64,000 nt of DNA, taken from Eledone cirrhosa (Eukaryota). The stretch spans positions 177,754,001 through 177,818,000 of the forward strand of contig OZ024740.1 in NCBI GenBank assembly GCA_964016885.1. Reading direction: 5' to 3'. Positions 14,295-27,071 of this stretch are shown here, piece by piece; the stretch's first letter is position 1, and every line of letters begins with the position of its first letter. The notes beneath the pieces are model-generated. The model saw only the letters and a list, made by a program, of their open reading frames with translations, did no database searches and was not told the DNA's origin. A program made the translations under genes and the position numbers.

Positions 14295-14570
14295 TTGCGG
14301 TGGATGGCAGTATCAGTAGAGGGTCTGACGCCATGCTTTTCAGCATAGAGTTACGGCCTTTTATGGTCTAGGTTCAAATCCCGCTGAGGTTAACATTGCC
14401 TTTCATCCTTACGGGGTCAATAAAATAAAGTACCAGTAATACACTGGGATAATTGCTGGCCTTGTGCCTCGAGGTTAACTTTGCCTTTCATCCTTACGGG
14501 GTCGATAAAATAAAGTACCAGTAATGTACTGGGTTTTGCTGGTCTTGTGCCTAAAGTAGAAACAATTATT
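14295..14570 (+). mobile_element. tRNA-derived SINE S1 with an internally duplicated 3' half
   Basis: A-box-like TGGCAGTATCAGTAG and B-box GGTTCAAATCCC. The gcctttcatccttacggggtc...ccttgtgcct block occurs twice. Confidence 0.75.
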
Positions 14571-14913
14571 ATAGAGTGGAATAACAGGATTGATAGTTTA
14601 TGTATCTTTATATCGAAAGTTCGAATCCAAATGTTGACGACCCTCTGTCAAAGTACTAGTAAAGTTCATAGGTTGATTAAAGTTATTGAACCCTCCAGCA
14701 AAATGATGACCTTGTGCCTATCACAAAAATATTTATGTTGAAATTTCTTTTATGAACTCTGTTCTGCTTGGTTTGCTTTCAGGTCTGTTGAGTCGTTATT
14801 GTCACTGCCGTCATCATTGTCGTGTTTGTTTGTCCTTATTGTTCTTATCCCTATTACTTTTGTTATTCTTATTATTGTTCTCATTTCTCACCCTCACTCT
14901 TCCTCTCTCTCTT

Positions 14914-14988
<75 letters not shown>

Positions 14989-14989
14989 G

Positions 14990-15030
<41 letters not shown>

Positions 15031-15038
15031 GTATGTAA

Positions 15039-15137
<99 letters not shown>

Positions 15138-16028
15138 CACACACACCTATATATAATATATATATATATATATAAATCGCTTTCGTCGACTTACCGGACC
15201 GAACATTCGATATTAGAGGTTATTTTTGTTTTCTATCTATTTCTTTCACCTAAATCTCCCCCTCTCTTCTCTTTTCTCTCACTTTCACTCCCCCCTCTCT
15301 CTCTCTCTCCCTCTCTGTGACTATCTAACACTCTCTGACTGTCTCTTTAACTTTTACATTTTTCATGAATCATCACTCGCTCTACCCAATGTTATTGTTA
15401 TTTTTATTTGTTGCTTTTTTACCTCACTCGCTTTCTTTCTCACCACTGTTTGTAAATAACTCATTCTTCTCCCTCACCCCTCTCCTTCTTTCACTCTTCA
15501 TGAATGAGCACTCACTCTACCCGTTGCCACTATATTTCACGAGACTTTCTATTAATCTCTCTCTTTTCAGCCGTATGTCAATCCATTGACCTGCAACCAA
15601 TCGTTCATAATCGCAAGCAATCTGAGGTCACACAGCATTCATATTTTATTAAATATCACTTCACTTGTACTGGCCTCACCCTTAACTTTGTAAACTAACT
15701 CCTGCTCCCTATAGCCTCGCCTTAAAATATGTGAACTGGCTGTTGCCAGATTGGACCAAGGGAACAATGTTTTTTTCAGTCTTTCTACTACTGATACTAT
15801 CTGCTGGTCACGATTCTAGGCAAAAGAGCAACGTAAGTTAAGATGTTTTGTTCAAAAACACAACGCACCGTCTGATACAGGAATTGAACTACGAACTTTT
15901 GATCGTGAGTTTAATACCCTAACTATTAGGTCAGGTGGCTACACATACACATAGACCATATAAAGGGCTATAACTGAAGATACGTGATTGGCGGGATCAA
16001 AAGTATTTATGCCAAACACACGCGCACA

Positions 16029-16067
<39 letters not shown>

Positions 16068-16093
16068 ACACTCACACACACGTATATATATAC

Positions 16094-16793
16094 ATGATGG
16101 CAGTCCCCTCAATTAATGCTATCGTGCAATACCTGTGCGTTAAGATTGTTTTTAAAGTGAGGAAAGACTGTTTAACTGAGCCAATCCCACTCTCTGAGCG
16201 ACAGTAGCTATAACCCAAAGAGAAGAAAAGATCAACATCATCGGTAACTACTGAGCCGCAGGTTTTATGTCGGAGTTAATCCAGTTTCCTGAGTTGCCTT
16301 CTCCTAGAAGAATGCACTGACAAAGGCTAGGGGTCCTTCACTCCAGTGGCTTAACCGCGCGATCGGATATCCAACCCTATTATTTCTATGTCCCCGCGCA
16401 TATACATTCATATACATACACATATATACATACATACATGATGATGGCTGCCCCCTCGTTATCGAGTATGGCCATTGCACGATATACCATTATTAATAAT
16501 TATTAATTAATTCTATCGTGCAATGCTTGTGCGTGAAGATATTTTTTAAAGTGAGGAAAGACTGTGCACTGAGCCAATCCCACTCTCTGAGCGACAGTAG
16601 CTATAACCCGAAAAGAAGAAAAAATCAACATCATCGGTAACTACTGAGACGCAGGTTTTATATTAGAGTTATCCTAGTTTCCTGAGTTGCCTTCTCCTAG
16701 AAGAATGCCCTGACAAAGGCTAGGGGTCCTTCACTCCCAGTGGTTTAACCGCGCGATCGGGTGTCCAGTCCGACTATTTCTATGTCCCCGCGC
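16094..16793 (-). mobile_element. Two tandem copies (about 300-350 bp) of a non-coding RTE-like element in (TACA)n
   Basis: 16094-16400 and 16437-16793 are direct repeats. Minus strand reads ccctagcctttgtcagggca...ctaggagaaggcaactc, which resembles RTE 5' UTRs. Copies are bounded by CATA/TACA repeats. Confidence 0.55.
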
Positions 16794-16888
16794 ATATACA
16801 CACACATGCACCCATGTATATACACATATACATATACATACATATGTACATGTGTATATACATATTTACACACTTTTTTTTTTTTTTT

Positions 16889-16944
<56 letters not shown>

Positions 16945-17131
16945 CATACATACATATTTACACATTTTTGGATGGCCGTTGACTCTTATGAGTTCTTCCG
17001 CCCTTTGTCAGGTTTTGTTTTTTATCCTGCAGGGTGCCCCAAATAATGCTCCACACCAAGTAAACTTGGTGGGGTTGCCGGTTTAGTCGCCGACGACCCG
17101 ACCATGCGACAATCATACATACATACATACA

Positions 17132-17164
<33 letters not shown>

Positions 17165-17300
17165 CTTCTGACTGTATTGATGTTTGTGTTTTGTTTTTGT
17201 TATTATTGTTCTTGCTCGAAGATAGATATATACATAAACCGATAACTATAGATTGACAGACAGGTAGTCAGATAGACAGGTACAGAGGCAGCTAAACAGG

Positions 17301-17376
<76 letters not shown>

Positions 17377-17377
<1 letters not shown>

Positions 17378-17641
17378 TTCTTTATTTGCCACAAGGGCGC
17401 ACAAGAAAAGGGGACAATACAAAGACATGCCGGGGATTTTACATACAGTCGTGTAAAAAATATAAAAACAAACAATTTCAACAATCGAAATCCCCAATAT
17501 GGGGGAGGCGCCACAAATGGGTTGTTTAATACCCCGTCGATAGAACAACCCTCAACTCCAGGAGCGTGTTGTGCAAGTTCTCCTTTCTTCCTTTTGCTCT
17601 CTTCCTAAACCTACAGGCTTATAAACAGAGAAGGCCCAATC
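17377..17641 (-). mobile_element. 5'-truncated Tx1 copy, nearly identical to the 3' end of the 1-1108 copy
   Basis: Reverse complement of about 842-1108. (GATA)n on both sides. Confidence 0.9.
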
Positions 17642-18008
17642 AAGATAGATAGATAGATAGATAGATAGGTAGGTAGGAAGGTAAGTATATATGTCGGTAG
17701 GTAGATAGATAGATGTTTTTATTGTCCAACGATTGACCGATAGTTAGGTATGTAGTTATAGAGAGTTGCTGTTCCCCGTACTGACCATTTTGTCAACACC
17801 GAGACAGAAAGGTGTAGGGAGGATGATATCAAATTACCCAAACGAATCCAGGATTTTGTTACTTGACACTTGCGTTTGTACGCACACACACACGCAAGAA
17901 CACACACACACACACATACACACACACACATATATATATAAGGGCGGTGCCCCGGCATGGCCTCAGCCGGATGGCTGGAACAGGTAAAAGAGTAAAAGAG
18001 TATATATA

Positions 18009-18184
18009 CAGTGAAATTCCGTTATAACGCAATTCACGCGGTATAAAATAAAATTCGTTCTAACGAAAAATTCTTTATAACGAGATCGACCTAACACAAC
18101 GAGCGTGTGACCGGGAATTGAAAAAAAATTCGTTATACTGAAAAATTCGTTATAATGGTATTCGTTATAATGGAATTATACCTG
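18009..18184. mobile_element. Tc1/mariner-superfamily (pogo/Tigger-type) MITE
   Basis: TIR-like CAGTGAAATTCCGTTATAACG ... CGTTATAATGGAATTATACCTG, internal TTCGTTATA sub-repeats, TA on both sides. Confidence 0.7.
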
Positions 18185-18489
18185 TATATATATATACAAA
18201 ACTATCTTCGAACATAGACCTACCTACCAACCATTTATTACTAAGCTCATGTGTGTAGTACGTTGTTATCACGCCAGATGGCGAAAGTGTAGTACAACCC
18301 ATCCACAAGCCATCGATCAATTACACAGAGGTGCCAGAGGACACATAGCAAAATATTTATCATTTCAAGTGTATTTAAGTTTCCATAGTTACAAAGTGTC
18401 GTATGCTATATTTTATCTAATGTGATTAACACGTGATATTCACATTAGCTGTTGTTTAGCCGTGGGGCCAATTGTAACCATTGTGGATG

Positions 18490-18830
18490 CAGGATAGCAG
18501 TCTGTTTGTTTAACAATCATTAGGTCCCCGGTTCGATCCCACTGCGTGTCATCTAGAGCAATTGTTATTTACCATAACCTTCAGTCACACCATACCTTAT
18601 GAGTGAAATTGGGTTTGAAAGTCCGTTCGATGAATTGTAGGTGCAGTGGCATACATACTACACCTGCAATTCAAAGGTCAAGTCTTCTCACACACTGTGT
18701 CGTGCTGAATCTTTGTAAAAATCACGTTAAAGGTATACGTATCTATAGCATTCTTAGCCACTTAATCGTTAATTTCATGAACAGGTCGTTCCGTTGATCG
18801 AAAAACTGGAACACTTATCGTCTGATGAAA
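18490..18830 (+). mobile_element. tRNA-derived SINE (family S2)
   Basis: B-box GGTTCGATCCC followed by a body resembling those at 19915, 36378 and 56990 (minus). Confidence 0.5.
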
Positions 18831-18844
18831 CCTTGCCATATAAT

Positions 18845-19020
18845 TGTTTCTGCTTTTGGCACAAGGCCAGCAATTACCCAGTACATTACTAGTACTTCAT
18901 TTTACCGACCCCGTAAGGATGAAAGGTAAAGTTAACCTCGACTGGATTTGAACTCAGACCGTAAAGGGACGTAACTATGCTGGAAAGCATGGCGTCCGAC
19001 CCTCTACCGATACTGCCAAT
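18845..19020 (-). mobile_element. tRNA-derived SINE S1
   Basis: Reverse complement of the 57150-57338 pattern, including gatttgaactc (B-box). Confidence 0.75.
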
Positions 19021-19296
19021 GACAGCAAATTTGTGTCCTGTACAGCCCTATTCTCATGATGGTTCATTAAAAATTAACCAACCCTCATTTTTAAATTAGC
19101 TCTGTCATCTAGTTTGGATCCTGGTTTTAAATTTTACGCTACTGATGCTCCTAAAAATGGCATGACCATCACGTATCTGCCTTATATATATATCGAATTC
19201 TTACACGATGATATATTTCTTAATTTTCTCCAGTCAACGTGGGTTTCAAAGTGGTCTATCTATAGAGAACAAGTCTCTCTTGGACAAAACCCTTGA

Positions 19297-19589
19297 GCAA
19301 TGATTCTCAAACTTTGCGTCAGTGTGATGCACTGGAGATTAAATAAGAAATACAATAATGGCACACATCACATGGAAAGTGTTTAAAAGTTTAAAATCTA
19401 GAAAAATATATACAGAAATTTATTGCATGCATTGTTTTGTTGCTCACACATATATTACAAAATTATGAATACTATGTTTGTCAAAGTGTTCAAGCATTAC
19501 TAGGGATTTTCTAAAGACTTTCGTAATATTTTTAGAATTATCCGGCGTAACTAGATACAATTTGTGGCGCATCGCTTGAGGACTACTGC
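19297..19589. mobile_element. Possible degenerate hAT-type MITE
   Basis: Imperfect inverted ends agcaatgattctcaaac ... gcttgaggactactgct. Confidence 0.3.
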
Positions 19590-19914
19590 TCTACTGTCTT
19601 AAAAACATGGAAAATATAAATTCGAATAATGTAGTTATAGATACATTATATCTGGGAGGAAAATAGACCAAATGATCTTGATTGAAATATCTTTGATCAT
19701 ATACCTATCTTGGATCAGAAGTGAACAACGAAAACAACAGCAACTGCAACAAACATAAATCCTTTAATGAGGTAGAAGTGTCAGATTCATAGATTTATTT
19801 GGTAGCTTTAATTCCTCCAGCTGCAGAGAAAGAGCTGGAAGAGATATGTTAAGAAAGAAGGAATCGAAAGTAAATGTTGCGAAAAATATTTGATATGAGT
19901 GAAAGTATGAATGT

Positions 19915-20066
19915 ATGGATTAGAAGTTCGCTTCGCAATCACGTGGTTCCGGATTCACTCCCACTGGATTCACTCCACCTTGAACACGTGTTTTCTACTA
20001 TAAGTTCCGGTTGACCAATTCCTTGTGAGAGGAGTTTGGTAAACGGAAACTGCAGAACCTCGTCGA
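19915..20066 (+). mobile_element. tRNA-derived SINE (S2-like)
   Basis: tRNA-like head, then ccttgaacacgtgttttctactata...ccttgtgag...aaacggaaactg. Confidence 0.5.
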
Positions 20067-20091
20067 GTATACATCTATTTATACATATATA

Positions 20092-20161
<70 letters not shown>

Positions 20162-20514
20162 TGTGTGAATGTATTTGTCTATATTTATGTTTCGTAATGT
20201 TACAATTCGAGAAAAAAGAGATTGCAAAATAAGTACTAAGGTCGATTCTTCTTTCTTTTTTTCTATTATTCTCTTAAAATTAGCTATAGTTGACAAGATA
20301 GTGTCTTTTAAGAGGTATTTGAAGGAAGGCAAATGGAAACATCCTTTGCATTCTGTTACACTAATTAATTAACAGAAAAGTGTTTGACAAAGAGAAGACC
20401 AAGTGGGTGTTCGTTAAACTGGTGGAGACAAGGAAGGTAGAGGAAATAATGGGACAAGGAGGTAGAGGTATGTTCAGTTAAGGATAGTAATGATTGCTAG
20501 AGTGATGGGTGTGA

Positions 20515-21440
20515 TGTATATCATTGTCTTCTTTCTGCACCGTCTTCCTGTACATCATATCCTATCGGCTACATTTCTAGATCTGCAATTTATCTGTTGG
20601 CTTACCTTACAGACTATACAGTTTCTAGCAGTACAGGGGTTTCCTAAAGGGTTATGTCCTACCGATCCAGCACTTTAAGGGAGCTCCTGGTTCTACTACG
20701 TTAATTCTCAGGTTCATTTTGTCTAAAACTCTTCTGAAATGATACTCTAGGTCGCCTCTAGGGGAAGCATCGACAAACATAAGACTGGTATTTTGGCTGT
20801 TATACCACGAGTTGGCCTTCCCTGTCTTCTCTTTGGTCCTTTCTATGCTTTTCCATGATTTACTCCTGTATGGTGAGCAAATCCCATTCGCATCTCCATG
20901 CTAGTTTTGAATTCACCCATGGCTCCTTTGTGCATCTTGATCCCGTCTCTTTGGTTATAACCACAGAACTGCGTGCGGTGGATGAAGTGCTGGATGTATC
21001 TCGTTAACTCCGTCGGATTGCACATGCAAGGCACATTTCTCCTCACCCTAACCAGATCTGCTCTCAAGTTATTGAACTTAGCACTATCTGAGATAGCTGA
21101 GCTCTGGTGGATCAGATACTTGGAGGCCATGGGTTGGATATAATATGAATGGATGATTTGGGCTTTATCGTTCTGAGTTTCCATCTAGACTTCTGTATCT
21201 AACACGGGTAATACATGGTTGGAGTACTTAGAAGGGTGGTCTGCTGAAACGTTAATGCACTGATAGATAGAGCTAGCTATTTGTTGGATGATCTCCATGG
21301 TGTTGGCTTCCAGTTCCGTTTCATGGTACTCTCTCGTGAGGGTGATTTAACCAATATATTGATATCGTCAAAATAACGCGAGTACATGACCATGGCTATG
21401 GAGTTCTCAACTAAGCGTTCCTTGCGTATCCTGTCCCAAC
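20515..21440 (-). pseudogene. Penelope-like element fragment (RT C-terminus, thumb, Cys finger, start of GIY-YIG); a different family from the 27640 element
   Basis: YSRYFDDINILV, LPVLDTEV, HSYYIQPMASKYLIHQSSAIS, then with frameshifts CTARNCIVC...NCRSRNVADRI*C...IYI. Confidence 0.75.
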
Positions 21441-21444
21441 ACAC

Positions 21445-21730
21445 AGTACAACACACCAACTTAACGACTGAAGAGAGAATATAGAAAAAAGAAAGACACA
21501 AACAAACGAAAGATACAAACCCACACAAACACATAAAACACACACAGGAGGAGGCAAAGGCGCAAACGCATGCGCAGACACGAATCACGTAAAACACACC
21601 ACAAAATAAAAGACAAGATGGAGTAGAAGTTTAAGACCAGAAAAGAGAGGAAGCACACGTAGACATTGAGTAGGTCACATAATGTGTGACGAAAGAACTT
21701 TAACAAATGAATGATTAACGAACAATAAAG
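21445..21730 (+). mobile_element. Degenerate family-B hammerhead/pLTR segment, head-to-head with the PLE RT fragment
   Basis: ggtcacataatgtgtgacgaaagaacttt matches 23403-23432, and the AC-rich upstream sequence is also similar. Confidence 0.65.
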
Positions 21731-21956
21731 ATAAAGAAAATATATGAAAATATCTCTGTTTAACTATATATCTATCTACTTCTCCAACTATCTGTCTGAC
21801 TATCAATGTATAATTGATGTGTATACCAATGTATCTATATTTGGACAATAACATCATTAACAGCAGAGCACAAATCCCAAGAGCAGTTCTAATACAGATA
21901 AAGTATATAGATAGTGTGTGCATGAGAGATAGAGAGAGAGTGATATATATATATAT

Positions 21957-22681
21957 ACTAACAGATTTACCCGGCGTTGCCAGGGTTTGAAATTCTGCTA
22001 AGAATATAGAGCTAGGAAGTAAAAGAAGAAAATTATTTGTCCCCAACCTGTCAAATTAAGCAGAAGTCTACAATAATTAATGCAAACGAATATTTAGTGC
22101 AATCTGTGTACACATAAAATATGCTGATAATGAAGGAAAATGTTGTTTTAACTGATTTCTTCATTGTAATAATAGTTTTTTTTAATAAATTCACAATATC
22201 CTAGAAGTATAGATAATGCCTGCCTCAAATGTGGACGAAATTACCTTAAAAATGTAAAAGTTGTAGGTCCCAACGGTTTGAATGGAAAGTCCCATAAGGA
22301 TTGTTCTTAGATTGATTTCTCCCTTACAGCATATACTTTAGACAAAATAATCTTCTTATTACCTCGACGGCATAGACAATGCCTGCCTCACATTTGGTAA
22401 AAAAAAATCGAAAAATGTAAAAGTAATTGCAACTTTTAATTTGCTTTGAAAATCCCATAAGGATTTTGCCTTCATTGTTATCTCCCTTACATCATGCACT
22501 TTAGAAAAAATAATTTTGGTATCGATTTTTTATTGCTCAACGTGGGTCGATTTGAAAAATTTTTTGGATGTGTCCATCTTAGCGACAGGTGCAACGTACA
22601 CGGAACATTTGGGCAAATTAGGTTGGGAATTGTAAAAGCCTTAGGCGTCCAAAGTTGTACACAGACACACACACATCTTCG

Positions 22682-22690
<9 letters not shown>
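21957..22690 (+). mobile_element. Non-autonomous Helitron/Helentron-like element
   Basis: Starts in TA with actaacagatttacccggcgttgccagggt (subterminal hairpin) and ends acagacacacacacatcttcgcttatatat. Has internal imperfect duplications. Similar start at 48491. Confidence 0.55.
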
Positions 22691-22715
<25 letters not shown>

Positions 22716-22718
<3 letters not shown>

Positions 22719-23591
22719 CGTTTCTGAATTTGTTTAGCAAGATTCTTTATCTAAAAACGTGTGTTGAAACCGATATTGTTATACTTTGGGAGAGTCATGT
22801 TGCTAATAAGAAACACACGCACCAGTTGCTTTCACTCCAATTTATTATAAATTAAATTATAAATTTAAAAATTTATATATTTCCGGTTGGTTGGCTGGTT
22901 CCACAACCGGACGGTTGTTCATATATTGTCAAAGTTCTTTCGTCACACATTCTGTGAACTCTTTAGCGACTGGGGATTCTTTTCTTTGTTTTGTGCCTCC
23001 TTTGTTCTGTCCTACGCCATCTTGTTTTTGTGTGTGTTGTCTGCTTAGTATGCGCATGTGTTACATCCGTGTGTCTATGTGTGTTTTATTTGTTTATTTA
23101 TTTGTTTATTTACATGTTACTGGTTGGTTGTTTTTCTATGTGTGTGTCTGTTTTCATTTTGTCCTTAATTTTAAGTTGTGATGTTGCTATTTAAGGACAG
23201 AATGAAAGCACACACACACATAGAACAAACAACCAACCAGTAACATGTAAATAAACAAATAAATAAACAAATAAAAAGACACACAGACACCCGGATGTAA
23301 CACATGCGCAAACTAAGCACACAACACACACAAAAACAAGATGGCGTAGGACAGAACAAAGGAGAGGCACAAAACAAAGAAAAGAATCCCCAGTCACTGA
23401 AGAGGTCACAGAATGTGTGACGAAAGAACTTTGACAATATATGAACAACCGTCCGGTTATGGAACCAACCAACCAACCAACCGGAAATTTATAAATTTTT
23501 AAATTTATAAATTTAATTTATAATAAATTGGAGTGAAAGCAACTGGTGCGTGTGTTTCTTATTGGCAACATGACCCTCCCAAAGCATAACA

Positions 23592-23595
<4 letters not shown>
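22716..23595. mobile_element. Fold-back element, family B: about 400-bp inverted arms plus a left-side tail, in (TA)n
   Basis: 22773-23168 is the imperfect reverse complement of 23191-23595, with a spacer of about 22 nt. Unpaired 22716-22772 extension. Confidence 0.9.
23393..23435 (+). ncRNA. Minimal type I hammerhead ribozyme motif (family B)
   Basis: GTCA-CTGAAGA-G-GTCACA(gaatg)TGTGAC-GAAA-gaac-TT-TGAC. The mirror copy in the left arm is degenerate (CTAAAGA). Confidence 0.7.
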
Positions 23596-23677
<82 letters not shown>

Positions 23678-24032
23678 TGTGCATGTGAGAGAATCTGTGT
23701 GTGTGTGTGTGTGCGCGTGATTGTGTGTTATTGAATACTGACATCTTTGGTTTTTTAAAGTTTTGTTGGGTATATGTGTGTGCGAGTGTATCTAGTAGGG
23801 CATGCTTGAACGTAATATTATGAACATATATGGGTGTGTACATATAATCAGGTATAGAGGCGTATATATTTTGGCAACAGCTGTGCTGGCCATATGTGTT
23901 CATACACACACACGCATACAAACACACATATATACGCATACATAACATTATGCTTATATATAGACATACATGATACATGTATGTGTATACACACACACAC
24001 ACACACACACACATATTTATATATATATATAT

Positions 24033-24220
24033 ATTAGTAAAAAGGAAAAGAAAATGGTGACAAATTTTTCTCAGTGAAAAATAGTTTAATTAGGAATAAG
24101 TATAAATTAGTAATAAGTATTAGTTAGTATGCAGTTTTAGTTTTAAGTTTTCATCGGTTGCGCATTTCTAATGCTTTTCAAAAATAATTTTGAGATAGAG
24201 CGCTCGTGATTTTTGCTCAA

Positions 24221-24225
<5 letters not shown>
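24033..24225 (-). mobile_element. 3'-terminal fragment of the Neptune-like PLE, flanked by (TA)n
   Basis: Homologous to 26461-26650 and 40231-40430. Confidence 0.8.
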
Positions 24226-24285
<60 letters not shown>

Positions 24286-24293
<8 letters not shown>

Positions 24294-25404
24294 GTACATA
24301 CATATATGTATACAGACGTACAGTAGTATGTATATATATATACATACATGCACACATATATATATGTACGTATGGATTCACCGAACATTTATTATAATGC
24401 TCGGTGTGTTTGTAAACAAACATCCCGTATTAAGCCGTAGTGTCCAGCAACCTTCGTTGCTCGTTTGTTCAACACTGACAAAGGAACGCTGTACTAGTTT
24501 AAAGCTTATTAGCTATCATCAACAACGTATACCTTCCTGCCAGATTGTTGAACGTATATACTTACCTTATGCATATTAACAGCTGAGAAGCCCAATTTGC
24601 ATATCGAGTGGGTTAATCGGTCGGGTGCACCGAAAACGATAAACGGAAAAAATGAAACGAAATTTCATTTCCCACTCTTAGTACGGCTGTTACTTAAATA
24701 TAAGTATGTACACGTACATACATATATGTATACAGACGTACAGTAGTATGTATATATATATACACATACATGCACACATATATATATGTACGTATGGGTT
24801 CACCGAACATTTATTATAATGCTCGGTGTGTTTGTAAACAAACATCCCGCATTAAGCCGTAGTGTCCAGCAACCATCGTTGCTCGTTTGTTCAACACTGA
24901 CAAAGGAACGCTGTACTAGTTTAAAGCTTATTAGATATCGTCAGCAACGTATACCTTCCTGCCAGATTGTTGAACGTATATACTTACCTTATGCATATTA
25001 ACAGCTGAGAAGCCCAATTTGCATATCGAGTGGGTTAATTCTCAGCTGTTAATATGCATAAGGTAAGTATATACGTTCAACAATCTGGCAGGAATGTATA
25101 CGTTGCTGACGATATCTAATAAGCTTGAAACTAGTACAGCGTTCCTTTGTCAGTGTTGAACAAACGAGCAACGATGGTTACTGGACACTACGGCTTAATA
25201 CGGGAGGTTTGTTTACAAACACACCGAGCATTATAATAAATGTTCGGTGAATCCATACGTACATATATATATATGTGCATGTATGTATATATATATACAT
25301 ACTACTGTACGTCTGTATACATATATGTATGTACGTGTAAATACTTATATTTAAGTAACAGCCGTACTAAGAGTGGGAAATTAAATTTCGTTTCATTTTT
25401 CCGT

Positions 25405-25407
<3 letters not shown>
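24286..25407. mobile_element. Family C element: two tandem units of about 420 bp plus one inverted unit, in (TA)n
   Basis: 24286-24706 is repeated at 24707-25038. 25039-25407 is the reverse complement. Confidence 0.9.
25101..25141 (+). ncRNA. Minimal type I hammerhead motif (family C)
   Basis: CGTTG-CTGACGA-T-ATCT(aata)AGCT-T-GAAA-CTAG-TA-CAGCG, with palindromic loop CTAG. Minus-strand copies at 24487-24527 and 24909-24949 have TAAA in place of GAAA. Confidence 0.7.
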
Positions 25408-25445
<38 letters not shown>

Positions 25446-25849
25446 ACCACACACATATATAAATACACATATCTTTCTATCTATATATATATATATACAT
25501 ATTTAAATATGCATACATACATATATATATATATATGTGTGTGTGTGTCTGTGTATCTGTGTTTGTGTGTGTGTGTGTACACACAGACACAGACAGGTAT
25601 GTAATAGTGAGGAAAAGAAAGCTAATGGAAGGCAATCATAAAAAAAATCACACGAACGCACACAACCAGTGCCATACACAAATAGGCAGAACGTATACCT
25701 ACACAATGCCAACACATAACCTAAAAACAATACCTACCTGTTCTTGTCTAACTTATAGACTGTGTCGGAACGTGGCATTTGGCACTAATCTTATTCTCTT
25801 AAAAGGGCCGCAAGCTGTTGCATGCTATAGAAAAGGCCACATATTTTAG

Positions 25850-25882
<33 letters not shown>

Positions 25883-26013
25883 ATATTGAAACCAAGCAAA
25901 CAAGACCATTAACCCGCCTGTTACATCTACTGGATTATAGCAGGTGGGATATGTGATATTATATATATATATATATATGTATATAGGTCCCTTATATATT
26001 ATTACTATGGACA

Positions 26014-26049
<36 letters not shown>

Positions 26050-26056
<7 letters not shown>

Positions 26057-26300
26057 ATATTTTGGGAGGGTCATGTTGCCAATAAGAAACACACGTACCA
26101 GTTGCTTTCACTTCAATTTATTATAATAAATTTATAAATTTAGGAATTTATAAATTTCCGGTTGGTTGGTTGGTTCCACAACCAGATGGTTGTTTATATA
26201 TTGTCAAAGTTCTTTCGTCACACATTATGTGACCTCTTCAGTGCCTGGGGATTCTTTTCTTTGTTTTTGTGCCTCTCCTTTGTTCTGTCCTACGCCATCT
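26050..26300 (-). mobile_element. Single-arm family-B element with hammerhead motif (about 26203-26245)
   Basis: Matches 22773-23020. Minus strand reads CTGAAGA-G-GTCACA(taatg)TGTGAC-GAAA-gaac-TT-TGAC. Abuts (TA)n. Confidence 0.8.
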
Positions 26301-26460
26301 TGCGTTGCGTAACTATATTTATTCCCTTACAGAAACTAATTAGTTGGAGTGAAAATTTTAGTAAGTTAATTTTAAAATTTTCTTATTTTACGTCTTTCAT
26401 ATATATATATATATGTATATATATTTAAAAGAATAGAGGTGTAACACACGAGTTATGATA

Positions 26461-26988
26461 TATTGGTAAACGGAAAAGAAAATGCTGACAAATTGTTCAC
26501 AGTGAAAAATAGTTTAATTAGGAATAAGTGAAAATTATTAATAGTATTGGTTAGTATTCAGTTTTGGTTTTAAGTTTTACCGGTTGCGCATTTCTAATGC
26601 TTTTCAAAAATAATTTTGAGATAGAGCGCCCGTGATGTTTGCTCTAATTTGATTAGTTTTGGAAATTCTACCTGTTTAATGTGAAAAAAGTGGCTCCAGA
26701 TGTATTAAAATAAGTTTAGCGCCAATTCGTGTTGCAAAAATTCTTGTGGTCAAAACAATTTTGATTGGTCGGTAGAGGTCATGTGAATGTTAAAAATTGA
26801 TTTTGCGCCAAATGTAGGTTTGTGTCGGCTGATTGAGAAGTCACTGAAAAATAAGTCTTTCAAAACAAATATGTGTGTGTGTGTGTGTGTGTGTGTAGTA
26901 GTAGTAAAGAGGTTCGTTGTTGTGATAAGGGTCAGCAGGGATGTGTGTCAGAACCGCAGCCTGTTGACAGTTCAAATGCCTATTAAGA

Positions 26989-27071
<83 letters not shown>

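Noticed and set aside
14295-14395. tRNA-like A/B boxes as possible tRNA genes (also 18490, 57150)
   Set aside because: No cloverleaf, and they are followed by a repeated SINE body.
26480-26650. Possible hammerhead in the Neptune-like 3' region (GAAATGCGCA on minus; CTGACAA...GAAA on plus)
   Set aside because: No complete core with UH and a matching stem I could be assembled on either strand.
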